Positions 33,134 through 46,600 of a stretch of 64,000 bases of DNA are shown here, one piece after another. Within the stretch, counting starts at the first letter, position 1; every line of letters starts with the position of its first letter. Made by a program: the position numbers and the translations under genes. Location of the stretch: positions 6,043,985 to 6,107,984 of the forward strand of contig CAJINV010000003.1 of assembly GCA_905178155.1 (NCBI GenBank), read 5' to 3'. This DNA comes from Amoebophrya sp. A120. Its lineage: Eukaryota; Protista; Dinoflagellata. Under the pieces are notes generated by a model. That model was not told where the DNA came from. It searched no databases and saw nothing but the letters and a program-made list of their open reading frames with translations.

Positions 33134-34618
33134 AGATCATGTTGTATTCGATGTTGATTCAACATTAAGTTCATGTTGAAGATACCTGAAGACGATTTCG
33201 AATTGCTTTTACTGTTTACGATATGTCTGTGCGCCTCCGCGACCGCGGCTGCTTTTAAGATAGCGCGATGAATCATTAAACTGCTATCGACATCACCAGG
33301 AAGCCGCTGCGAAAGACAGAAAACTACGCACAAGGCTAAAAGTCACACCTGCCAGGCAAGAACGGATATCAATGGATCAAAGAAATCAAGTTAGTGGATT
33401 GGTACGCGAAACGACAAAAAAAAGTACTCATAACGCTGACTCGAACATTCTATTCTTTCCGGAGATCAACATCAACGAGCTAAGAAAGTACTAGTTCATG
33501 ATCCTTGTTTCAACAAAGGATCCTTCACTCGAAGATAGATCTAGTTGTATTATCATGCGGATCAAACTGCGGCTCCTCAACACCGACAGACCGGAAAAAT
33601 TCAACGTATCCGGTAATATCCCTGCTCGCAATTGGTGCATCAAGGAACCATATCCGGCTAGAGCCAAGCCGTCTGTATTTCAAAAAAAAAGCGTTGAAAC
33701 GCGAAAAAAAGCACAGCCGGTCGCGGTCGGTCCCCTTCCGCAGGCAGCATGATGATTCAGCCGTCGTCGAACAAAAGCTTGGTGGCACGGGCAAAATTCT
33801 CTTTGGACCACAGGAAAGCATTGTACGTCTGGTTTTCTCGTTCTCTTTTTTCTTAATTGACCAGGCTTCAAGCGCTGATATTCGTATTCCGACTGATATT
33901 TCGACATTATAAAAACAAGTAACTCGTGCGCGGTGTGGGTGTCGCCCGGCAAATCATCCCCCAGTCTTTACGTCTGTGGTCTGCGTATGGGGTGCCAGCG
34001 CGCCTAGTTTTCTAAACAAGTATCTCGTATCGCTTTTTGTCTGTCAAAATTTGTGAAATTTATGTACACGCGCTCGACACATTTTGTACAAGCGAATTAT
34101 ATCTAGACGTAAAAAAGAAGGTGCTGCATTCGCACTATCTTTTGCACCCTTGGGCAGTGTTCGAAACGTGAAATAAGTTTGTCCCTGAATAAATAATGAT
34201 CTAAAACATGAGCGTGACAGATTGACAAGTACAGATTTTGAAGTGAGAGTAAGAGCAGCAGCTATTGAAATTCGGCAAAATATTAGACGAAATGCGCTCA
34301 AGCAGAGCTGCAGCAAGCAAAATCTTCGAAGATTCTTAGACACTCGAGGAGTACTTCACGCCAGCTTAGCGCGGCCAAAAAGTTCAAAAAAAGCCGTCCG
34401 CACGCTGCCGGTAAGAAAGTATCAGTGATCTACGTAACAAGCTTTGTTCGATTTCGAAAAGTAGAAACAGAGTTCATATCATCCTTACCGTTTTTCGTTT
34501 AGTACTAGAGTAAAAGTGCTGTCTATTATTTTTATTGGAGTTCTATACCAGTTGTCTCAGATCTCTTGAATTTGATTTTAGTTTTACATAGCAGTACGCC
34601 GGGCGAACAGCGTGATCA

Positions 34619-37600
34619 TCACCGGCCCCCGTTCACAGTGAGCGCGAAGGTTGCTTCGGCGCCGAAGCCGATGCTGTTGCCCGCGCTGATGTAGTAGGTG
34701 GTCGCGACTGCTTGCTGGCCGCTGTACTGATGGAACAGCAACGTCGCGGATACGTCAGCCGTCCAGGCAACGCCCTGGCTTGACCGAATACGGTAGAAGA
34801 CCAGGCTGTTGCCGCCGTCGTCGGCCGGTGGATTCCAATTCAGCAGCGTCTGAAACGCATTGACGGTGTTCGCCGCGGTAAAGTCCCGCGGCACGCCGGG
34901 CACGAAGGCAGCGATCATCTTCACCGGGGGCAACACGGGTTCGGACAGAAACCCCCCTCCGTTCCCGGCTCGGACGGTGTAATACCTGGAAGTAGTTGTA
35001 GAAATCAGATTTCGCGAATTGGATTTCGAGCGATTGAGGTGATATCAAAGGACCTAGTACTGGTGCGATTTGTACTATGTGAACTTCAAAGTAGTACAGC
35101 CAGTTCTAAATTTCTTTCTTATCGGACTGCAAGACATAGGCAACAAAATGCAGTGATTCGCGCAGGAGGAGGTGCTAGGGCTGATCAACATCGATCCTCA
35201 CCATGCTTGGCCCGGGGAGACAGGATAAGTCGGGTGCGAGCCGGTGTGCTCCCACTCGCTGGCCACCAGGTGGCTTTGCGAATGGAGGAGGATATCCGAG
35301 GAGCCACTGACGCGGTCGCCGAACACGTGGTAAGTGATGTTTTCCGCCACGTCGCCGCCAAACTGGGTGGTGGTGGAGAGCTTGGTCCACTGCATTTTGA
35401 TGGTGTCGTTCGGAACCCCTTGCTATGCACTGCAAATAATGAGCCTGAGGGGGCCAATTTTTTTTTAATATGACAATGACGTGCAACATGACAAAGGCGT
35501 GACTCGAGAAGTACGCAACTTCTAAGCACTACAGATTTTTGAACGGTCCTGTGGTGCGTAATAAAGCGCATGAGAGACTGCGTTTGTGCATGACAAAGAA
35601 GAAGAACTACCAGCGGTATTCCACATATAGAAGGTCCGCGAGTTCTTTGCATGTTGAGACATCAGCACGACGAATGAGAATGACCCGGAGTCGTAGTTAT
35701 TTGCATTCGATAGTTGCTGGTCGGTGTGGCGCTGAAACCCGGAAACCTTGGACGGGGCGGACAGAATCACGCCGTTGTTCAGGGTCACGCCCAATTCCGT
35801 CTTCTGCGGGTCGGTGAATTGGCCCCACGCGCCCTGCCCGACCAGGTTCACGCCCTGCACCTTCACCTGGTAGTGCCGCCCGACCTCCCAGGGGAGGGTG
35901 GAAAAAGCAGCCGCGGTCAGCGTCTTCGTCGGCGCGTTCACCAGGTTCCAACTGGCCTGCTCCGTGCCGCCCATCGAAATGTACTCCACCACGTTGTCCA
36001 CACCCACTTCCTTCACCGCCAGGATGTAGTCAAAGATCATCGCGCCCTCATCCGTACCCGACCGCCAGGTCAGCGTCAAAGAAGGCGTCAGCGTCAAGGC
36101 TCCGTCGTCGGCGGCGGAGATCGTCAAGTCCTGGGGCGAACCCGGAACCTGCACGGAGAGGGAAGGCGGTGGAAAGTGAGATATGCTGCCCTATCTTTAT
36201 CGATTCACTATGTCGAAGGTAAAAAACTTTGCTGTATTCTATCAGCTTTTTGCGTAGGAGAAGTAGTTTTTGCCTTTTACTATACTTCGTACAAACAGTA
36301 CCTTTGCAGCGACGAAGATTGTGGGATCTGACCGCATGCCTTCGCCGACTTCGTTCACTGTGGCCATCTGGATTTGGTACTCAGCTCCTGGCGTCAGGTC
36401 GGTAATGGTGCACTGCTGCGGTGCGGGAGTGGTTTCCCTCCCGCACGTCGGGTCCGATACTTCGGAAACGGCAGTGCCGTTGCCCTCGTTCCTGTACAGC
36501 GTGTAGCCCCGGACAATCCCGCCGTTGTTCTCCGGCACTTGCCAGGTGACGTACTGTTAGTCGTGTATGATGGTGACAGAAGAGCGCTACGAACCACTTA
36601 ACAGCAGCCCCAGGTTCGGAAGCACATAAAACCACTTGCCATTGCATGCATAGGCCTGCGGCGGCATTTAACGAAATTTCAAGTCTCGTCTGTGCGTTCA
36701 TTTTCGTGATTATTATGAAGAGTCATAGTCATACCAGAGACGTAGTCGTCGAAAGCTCGTAGTTCGCGACCGGAGGAAGCATCTTGCTCGGAACAGCAGA
36801 AACCTGCACATCCGTGACTGGCCCTGGGTAGTCTCCTTTCCTTGTGACGACAATCACGCGAAAGCGGTAGACGTTACCTGCGAAGTCATACAGTAGTCTA
36901 GTTGAAGTAAAAAAACCTCATCTGCTGGCGTTCTTCGAAGAACCTATGGAACTTTTGAGACACAACAGGCACATAACAAAAGCGAAACACACGAAAGCTG
37001 CATCGGAGAATAAATTTAATCGATAAATAGGCAGCTGGTAGCACAACTCCTACTCCGCTAGGCAAAAATTCTAAAAGCAACATACCTTTCGTGATTCCCG
37101 CGTCGACGTAGGTTGCGGTGAAAATCGTGGGATCTAGATTGCCGTACTGTGTGTAATTTGCATACACCGTGTCGTTGCCGTCTGCGTACGCGACGTAGGG
37201 CGGTACGACATTCGGGTCCGGTCCCGGGTCCGTGGGATACACGTCCGTGAAATTGCCGGAGGCGGAGCTCAGCAGCGGGTCGAGGAGCGTAAAGTTTGCG
37301 TCCCCGTGGTTCACCACGCTGGTGTCGGGCAGCCGCTCGTAGGTGGAGTCTTTTTCTATTCGGTACCCGACGATCGTGCAGCCGCCGGTGTCCGCTGGCG
37401 GCGTCCAACCCAGCGTGAGCGAGTACAGCCCGTTGCCGGTCAGGTTGTACACGCCGGCCGCCACGTACGGCTTCACCGCCGTCAGCACCGGGGGGGCGCA
37501 ACTGTACACCGTGAGCTCCTCGGACAGCTATCCTATGTAAAAACGTCCCCGCGCCATGGTTGTACTGCAAATCTGCATGCTGAAAATATTTCCCATGCGG

Positions 37601-40600
37601 AGCCCAATGAGAGGCATTTTCTAGCCGTGTTTAGGAGTTTGCCATGGTCCAATTAGCATGTTGCGGTAGGTCTGTGATGCTGCTGAACTAGCTGAACAGG
37701 ATTACACTACGAGGCCAGATTTGTCATGCGCAACAACCAAAGCTTGTTGATTTGTCTAGCAGATTTCCCATCTTGCCTATGGGGTGGTGACGTTTTTACA
37801 CAGGATAACAGCGGGCCCGTGGTCACGTCCGTGATCACGGCCACCTTGAAACGGATGGGGCGATTTTCGATGGTCGTCGTGGTGCTGGTCGCCGTGGTCA
37901 ACAGCATCACGCCGTCGTGCACGATCGTCTCCCCGCCGACGTAGCCCACCGTCGTGCCCGCCGGCGGCGCGTACTTGAAGGCCCGGATGGAGGAGTCGCA
38001 TCAAGAGGAAAAATCCCCCCTCCCCATATCAAACTGGAAGTCTGTGATGCTAAAACAACCGCGCCGACATTGCCATTGTCCGGCGTCGCTGGGGAGGCAA
38101 GCCTCCGCAGGGGCCGGAGCGGCATAGGGTCAGAACCGCGAAAACATCTGTGATGCGAGATTTGTGCACACAAATCATTTTGTCATGCTAGAATGGAAAA
38201 GATGCGGACTGTAGTGCTGGGTGGCGTCGGAAAGCCTCGCAGCTTCAGCATGACAGGAGTCAGCTGGAAGTGGGAAACAGCATGACAGATTGCCTGCAAG
38301 CGAGGCCACAGTTGCGGCTCTTCCTCTTGGCCGTCTAGCAATAAAACTCGATTTGTGTACTCAAATACAGCATCACGAGTTTCGTTTTCGGCATGGGGAG
38401 GGAGGATTTTTCCTTGCGATAAGTCGAGAATGGACTTCACCAGAACCACGTCGGAACCCAACCCGTCGTTGGCGTGCACCTCGAACCCGAGCAGCGTGGC
38501 CTGAAACAAGTTCTGCTCGTACCACGCCACCACGCTGCCCGCACTGGAACTCTGCAAGCTCCCCGTGAAAGGCTCGTACAGAATTGGGGCCTCCGGTGCC
38601 GGGGCGCAGCGCACGCGCGACTGAAGTGAGATAGTGTACAGCTTACAGATAGTAGGGCTTTTCAATATTGAGTTTTGAAGATGACCGACGGTGAGGATTT
38701 AGGGTGACCCAAGAACAGATGCAAAAACGTATCCGTATGAGATACTTAAGAGAAGACAATGTTAATAAGAGCCGACCTGCTACTTCCAAGAGAACTTCTA
38801 CTTCATCAGTATTCCCACCGCATGGCATGCCCATGCCATCTCCCGCCTATACTAACCAAATCATATCATTTTGAATCTGATACCTCTGCTGAATAAGCTC
38901 CCAACCCGACATTGGTTGTTGCAGCTACGCGAAAGTAAATGAACTCGGCCTGGAGACTGACGCCGGCGGTTACGTTGTCGCAAATGACTTCCAGCTGGTA
39001 CTGGTTTTGCCCGACTTGAAAGGGCACGATTTGTGTCAGACCCGAGTCCCAGTCCACGCCAACCTGGGCGTCGAGCTCCGTCAGATTCTGAAAGTAGCTG
39101 GCTTGGAATTGCCAGTTCAGGTAGTCATTGCCGCCACTCTGGCTCAACGAGGCATCGCCGGACTGCCACTCGACCGTGATGGATGTCAAACTGCTGTTGA
39201 TGTACTTGGGCGCCGTGGGCGCAACCGGGAGATCCCCGGGGTAGAAGGTCGACACTGGGGAGTGGTCGGACTCCCCGACCTCGCTGACCACCGATACCTT
39301 GAAGCGGTAGGGCAGCCCGACGGACAGATTTCCGACTGGATAGGTGATCGCACTGGTGTCGTCCACTTCGATCTTCGTGAAGGCGCCCTGAATGCCGTCG
39401 TCCACATAGATGTTGTAACCGTAGTGCACGGCCTTGTACATATTCTTCCGGTCGTAGGCCAGCGTCACCGAGGTTTGGTTGCTGGTCACCTTCGTGGGGG
39501 CGTCCGGCGCCTCCGGGCGGGGCGCGCAGCGAAACCGGCGCCCTGGGCTGAAGAGGCCAAGTTCGGCATTAGTGATCGCGGCCACTTTGAACCAGAAGTA
39601 GTCCCCGTCGGTGTTGGGGCAATCGAAGGTGACCGTGGTCTGCAGGGCGTCGCGCGTGGAAATCGTGGGGAGACTGGGGTTGTACCCGAGCACACGGTCG
39701 GGCGTGATGTACACATCCCACCGGTATATGGGACCACCGCCGGTATCGTACCCCGGCGGCACGGTCCACTGAATGACGATTTGGGTGAACGACGAACTTT
39801 GGACGACCACATCTGGCAGAGCATCGGCGCGCGCACTAGAAAAGAATGCAGCAACATCAGACTCCGGAGATACACCAGCATCGGACACGATTTGAACCTT
39901 GAAGCGGTAGCTCACTCCTGCAAGCAATCCGGTAAAGTTGAACGCCATCGTAGACGCGTCGTCAACCTATGGGTATATGTTCTTGCGCATTTAGATTTTA
40001 GTATAGGGAGTGGGAGAGCAACACACTTATTATAGATAGAGGTACGGTGCTGGATTAAAAAACTACTTCGGCCGGCGGCACGGAATTAATAGGCAACTAC
40101 ATGTAGGTTATGCTATCAAAGGACGACGTCGCGGTCGTAATATCGTGTACCGTTGTCTGCACGAACGGTCCCATGTTGCCGTCATCGATGTGAAGAATGT
40201 AGCCCTGCAGTGTTCCTCCATTCAGATCCTCCGTCGTACCGCTTGTGTATTTGATTTCGATCACACCTCGCGAGCTCTCGCCCAAGGTCGGAGCCGCAGG
40301 CTTGTTGGGTGCGATGCTGCAGCGCACCCGCAGGCGGTTCGAGAAAATCCCCGGCCCCGCGTTGTTGGAAAATCGGGCCTTGAAGAAGTATACCTGACTC
40401 TGGACGCAGCTGCGACGTAAATACGGGATTCGCGCCGTCGCGGTGTGGTTCAAGGGATCGCCCATCTCCGCCTCGGTCAAGTTGTGGATGGACGACGTCA
40501 GGTCGAACACATCCCCATCCGTGCTCTCAAACAATTCGTAAAGCGTCAAGGGCGAGCCCCCCGTGGAGACCGGGTAGCTGGTTTTCAGCGAGATTCCCAT

Positions 40601-43600
40601 GGCGGTCACGTTTTCCCCCGGGTTGCTGGACACCGGAAACACCCCGGTCTGGTCCAGAAACAGCTGCGGCGCCGGGGGCGTGGTGGCGGCGTAGGCGATG
40701 AGGATGGGGCCCCGGTCCGAGGTGCCCACCTCCGACTCAAACTGCAGCTGAAACCGGTACACGTTCCCGGAAATCAAGTTTTCCGCGGTGTACCGCGTGC
40801 TCGACGTGTCTGTCAAGTGAATCGGCAACATCTTTCCGCCGGACCCGTTGTCCTGGTACAGGATGGTCAGCGTGTGGATGGCTCCGTGCAGATCTGGTTT
40901 CGCCCACTCGAGGTTGATGCTGTACGCCGTCGCGCCCGTCTTGACCGGCAGCGCCGGCGTGTCCGGTCGCGCCGAACAGCGTCGCTGAAACACGGACTCC
41001 GGCGGGCCGGCGCCGATGGAATTCTCCGCGAGCACCTCGAAGTACAAGTACTCCTTGCTGGCAAACAGGTCGTCTTCGTCGCAAATCACGGTGATCTCCC
41101 GCTCCGCAATGTTGGGTTGGATCTTCACGGTCGTGTTGCCACCACCCAGATTCGCCGGCGCGTTGCTCACTTTCACCTGGTACTGGGTTAGAATGGTCCC
41201 GCCGTTCGAAATCGGGTCGTCCCACGCGAGCGTCATCGAGTTGTCGGTGCTGTTCTTCAGCCGCACGTTGCGGGGCGCCCCCGGCGTGGTGGCCGCGTGG
41301 ATGGAGGCCGAGATGTTCGATTTTGCGCTGCAGCCCACCGTGGAGCACAACTGCAGCTGCACGCGGTAGGAGTCACCGATCAAAATCTTGTTCGATTCGA
41401 TCGGGTTGGTCACCGCGTTCTCCACGTAGATCGGGCTCTCCGGCTTCGTCGAGCTCGTCGTGCCGGTGATGTTGGGCAGAAACACCCCGGCACCCTCGAA
41501 CAAGCCGTTGGTCGTGATCGCAAACGCCAAGTCGTCCACGCGGGGCCCACGGAGCTCAATCAGCTGAAAGTTGTTGTTCGGGTCGTCCTCGTTGTCCAGC
41601 CAAATGTTCCATCCGGTGTGCGTGACGTTGCGCAGCTGCTGAAAACTGGGCGTGTAGAAGTTCACCAAAATCCCATTCACTAAGCCATTCAAGATCGGCG
41701 TGGGCGGCGTCTCCGGCAACGGCGCGCACAGCAAAGACACTGGATCGGAAAAGAACCCGGTGCTCGTCGAAAAATCGTCGCCCACGCCGTTCATGGCGGC
41801 CACTTGGAAGGTGATAAGGTGCGGCACTCCGTTGGTCGGTGGTGGGCAATGGGCGTAGGTAAACTCGGTGGTTGGCCCGCCCGCGTAGCCGGCCACAGAG
41901 TATTTACTCTCGCCCGCCGTCTCGTCTTTTGCGTAGACGGCGAAATTGGTGATGGTGACCCCGCCGTTGTCCTTCGTGGTGTCGTAATTCCAGCGGATGG
42001 TGATGGAGGAAACCGAGCTGGTAACCAACTCCGGGAGATCCGGCTTCTCCGCGCGGCCGCCCACCACGAAGTAGCGCACCGGGGTAAATAGGCCGCAACC
42101 GTTGCCATTGCAGGCACGCACCTTCGTCACGATGATGCCACCCGCCGGAATCGTGCGGTCCGGACCGCCCGACCGCTTGGCCGCGGGAATGCGGACCAAG
42201 GTGCTGTTCGCCTGGGCACTCTTTTTGCTGACGTCGCGCCACTCCAGTTCGTAGCGCACCAGCGGATTGTCCGTCGCCGTGGTGGAGGTGGCGAAACTTT
42301 CGTACTTCCAGGCTAGAAACATCTGCACCTGGCCGTTGATTTTCTCGGACTTGTAGTACTTTAGGTTCGTGGGCGTCGCCGGCACGTTGCTGGCCACCCA
42401 GGCGGCAACGCCGCTCAGCGCTCCCCACCCGTTTTGATTCCGGGCACGCACGTAGTATGCGTACTTCCGTCCGGGAGTGAGCGACTGGTGATCGAACGTG
42501 CGCAATGTGGACCCACTCTGCAGGATCGTGGTGAGGTCGGTCTGGGTTCCGACGTCGCCGCGCAGCTCATATTCCAAAATTGGAAGAATGCTGTAGGCCA
42601 CGCCCCACTGCAACTGAATGCTTGTTTGCGTCCCGCCGACGTACTGCGGTGCGGTCGGTGCGCGCGGCACTGATCCGATCGTGACGGTTACCGCGGGCGA
42701 CCAGGCCGACACCTGATCCGCGTTGCGCGCGCGAACGCGGTAGGAGTAGGTCTTACCTTGCTGCAGCTGCACCAGGCGCTTGCGAAACACCGTCGCGTCG
42801 CCGTAAAGCAAAAGTCGGTAATTGCGCTCCCCCGGCTCCTTCTGCTCCAACTCGTAGGCCGTAATGTTGGCGTAGGAACAGCCGCCACTGCTTGGTTGGC
42901 TCCAGTACAGCAGAATCTGCGAGTCTGTGACATCCCGGACCTCGAACGACGCCGGGGGTTCTGGCTCGCCGCAGATTTGCGTTTCGTAGACCCGAGACGC
43001 CCGACCCCAACCCACGCTGCTCGTGTAGGTCTGCACGTAAAAGCGGTAAAAGCGGGAGGGCGTCAGCCCAGACACCGTGTAGTTGGTGTCGTACGTGGTC
43101 CCGACTTCCACGAAGTCCCCGTCTTGTTGCAGGACTAGCGAACCGTCAAACTTCTCAAACGCGCCCCGATCCCGCCACAGCTTGTACAAGATTTGCTCCT
43201 GCGGATTGTACGCCAGATCTTCTGCCGCGAACCAGCGGAGGTTGACGCTCGTGGTGTCGGTCGGCAGGAAAGGGTCTCGGCTAAGTTCCAGCGGCACGAT
43301 TCCGCCCTCGCCCGCGACCAGAGCCAAATACTCCGACTTGCTGCTCTCGCCGTACTGATTCACGGCCGTCACCGCAAACACGTATGGCAATCCCGGCGTC
43401 AGGCCGGTCACCTGGTGCGTTTTCTGGGACGGCCCCCGCTGCGTTCCGTCGAACAGCAAGCGATCCGGCTCGCCCGCGACGCCGTACTGGCGGAAGCCGC
43501 CCTCGTTTCGATAGAGCCGGTACCCCAGGACCCGACTGCCGCCGGTGTCGAGGCTGTCGCCCCAGGTGACGGTGATGCCGCCCACCTCGCGGGTGCTCTC

Positions 43601-46600
43601 GTCCGCATCTGGCCGGGCGGGCGGCAGCGGCGGGCCCCCAACGACCACGTTGATGACCGGCGACCAACGCGGTTCAACGGCGTCCAGGAGCGGGTTCTCC
43701 AGAATCACGCGGTTGATGCCGGCTACTTTGATCTGGTAGGTCCACCCCACGCGCAACCCGGTCACCGTGACCGTCGTGGTCGTGACCGTTTCGTTCGCGC
43801 CCAAAGCGCTGACAAAGCCGACATCCGCGTTCCGGTGCCCGTCGTCCCGGTACACCCAGTACTCAGTGATCGGGGCCCCGCCGTCGCTCGCTGGTTTCAC
43901 CCAGGAGAGGTGCACCGCGGTCCGATTGTCGATGCTTTGCATGGTTAGGTTCCGGACCGGCGCCGGCTGACTGGCGGACAACGCCACGATGTATGGCTGC
44001 GCGAATTCCCCAAAAATGGCGCTGTTTTGTGTGAGCCAAGATTCCGCCGCTACTGTGTAGTACCGATACTCGTTCAGATACTCGTGCCGATACACAAACG
44101 GCCCGCAGTCGTCCTCCCCGCCGGTCGTCTTGCCGATCAGGCCCAGTTGGTCCGGGCGCCGCCCAGCGTAGATTGCGTACCCGTAGATGGGGCACGTGGT
44201 CACCAGGGTGGGTTTTTGCCATTTGAATGTCGTTGCGGTCTCCGAGCGGTTCACAATTTGAAAGTCCAACGGACGTTTCGGCTGTTCGCACACAAACGCG
44301 TTCAGTGTGCTGGCCTCGCCCTCGCCGTACGCGTTGTCCGCTTTGGCCTCGAAACGGTACAAACGGCCCATCGACAAGGGGCTCACCGTGCAGAGACTGT
44401 CTGCGGTGTGGCAGACACGCCGAAGATCACTTCCAGCACCGTCGTCCACATATAAATTGTAGTGCAGAGCGTGATCGCCGCCGTCGTCTAGCGGCCGGTC
44501 GAAGCGAAACGTGATGCTGGACTGTGCGGTGCTGTTGATACTCAACCCCGGCGCGCTGGGGGGGATACTGGCACCCCAAAAATACGTTTCCAGCGGCTGC
44601 AGGTTGAAGCTCAGCGTCATGGTGCTGTGCGCCATGATACCGAACTCGTAGCGTTTGCCTTGCGAAAAGGTCAGGAAGTCGGTCTGCGTTCGGCGACCGC
44701 TCCACGCAACGCGCGGCAGTCCGCCGGGGAGACCGGGCTGCCCGGCGTGAGTCGCCTCATTGTAGTACACGACGTAGCGGATAATCTCGTCCCCTCCGTC
44801 GTCCAGGGGCGGCAGCCACGCAATCCGGGTACCGCTCCGCTCCGTGCGCGTGAACGTCACGTTGCGAACTGGACTCGGGCGAGCGGCACACAAAATCACC
44901 ATTTCGTCAGACTGCGGGGAGCTGCCGGCCACGTTCTCCGCTTGCACTTTGAAACGATAGTTCGTGCCGACGAGCACGCCGATCGTGGTGAAATTTAGGA
45001 CGGGGGCATTGATGTACTTGTCGAAGTAGTCGTTGGCGATCTCCGTGAACACCGGATCGTCGCCGGTGGCACGGAAGAGGCGATACCGCGTGATGGGCGC
45101 TCCGTTGTCGTCGGGGCGGAAGAACGAGACCTCGATGCTGGTCCGCGTCCCGTTGGTGCGGATGGGCGCCAGCGGTTTGCTTGGTGCGGTGGCGCAGAGC
45201 CCGAGCACGGGCTGGGAGAATGGCCCGTACCCGACCAGGCTCTTTGCGCGCACCTTGAAATAGTAGTCCTGGCCGAGGACGCAATTCTCGACCAAGTGCG
45301 ACAGCTCCGTGTCGGTTTTCGTTGAAAGAAGCGTGAACTCCGGCGTGCTCCGGGTTGGTTTGTACCACAGCTCGTACAGGTAGACTGGCGCACCAGTGTC
45401 GCGCAGGGGAGGTTGCCACTCCACCTTGATGGTGCCTTTCGTGGTTCGGTCAAAAAAGATGTCGATGGTCTCGCTGCTAGGCACCGTCGCCGTCCAGGCG
45501 CACACTTCCTCAGACCGGACCAGTGATCGCTGGTCCCCGTTCAGGACAAAGCTGCGGTCGACAGGGGCGATCGAAAAGCAGTAGTGCTTCCCCCGCGCCA
45601 AAGAAAGCGGACTGGCCACTTGCGCACCGAGGAGCGTAACCGTCTGGCGCTGGGTGGTGAAGTTCACTATCGTATCCTGAGAGGGACGAGCCAGGTCGAT
45701 GGTCAGCGGCGAGGGGAAAACTTTCTGAACGTCGGTGCTCTCGTCATCCTCGTCGTCGTAAATGTTCACCATCAGGCTCCGCAGCGACGACGCATTGGTG
45801 CCGTTTGTGGTGTTGGAGGAAGATGAGTCGTCGCTTGCAGGTGTTACAGGGAGCGTGAAATGCGGCGTGTCATAGGTGGTGACTGGGGATTCGAAAAAGT
45901 TTTCTCGGTAGTAGATGCGGTAGAACAATATGTCGTGCGGAATCGAGGGAGACCGCTCGTTCGGAAGTTTCCATCGAACGGAAATACCGTCCGCGTCAGC
46001 CTTGATCACTTCAAGCGGCGGCATTTGACTCGGGGACGCGTCAGCGAGCACATGCAGGGGTGTAGAGAAAACACTGTCACCTGCGAGAGCTGAGCGGCTC
46101 CGCACTTTCACTATGTAGGTTTCACCGGGAATAACGCCGGTTAGGGAATGCTCTGTTTTTGCGGGTGCACCACCAGCGACATCGTCCAAATACTCAGCGA
46201 CATCTGTGTCGTTGACTGACACGACGTACCCCAAAAATGGACAAGCGGTCAGATTCCCGACCGATGGCCCTGCGCTCCATTGGACCTTCACCTCCGACTC
46301 TGTGGCGACCAGCACCTGCAGTGCCTGGGGTGCGTTCGGCTGCGGACACAGGTTGACGGTCAGAGGCTCAGACTGGTCCGACTCACCGATCTCCGTGACG
46401 ACAGAGACCGTGAAACGGAACACATTCGTGCCATTCGTATCGGTGGTGGGCAGGTTCGTTAAAGTGACCACAGGTGTACTGTCGCTGTACACGGGTACGA
46501 ATGCGGCCGCGGTTTTCAAAAAGCCCGCGTAGTGGTTTTGCTGCCGCACGACGTAGGTCACCAGCGGATAGTTACTCAGGTACGCCGCTGAAACGACCAG

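Noticed and set aside
33498-34430. Small ORFs between cardiolipin synthase and the giant gene (e.g. MSKYQSEYEYQRLKPG...)
   Set aside because: Could hide a small spliced gene, but I could not build an in-frame model or recognise a family.
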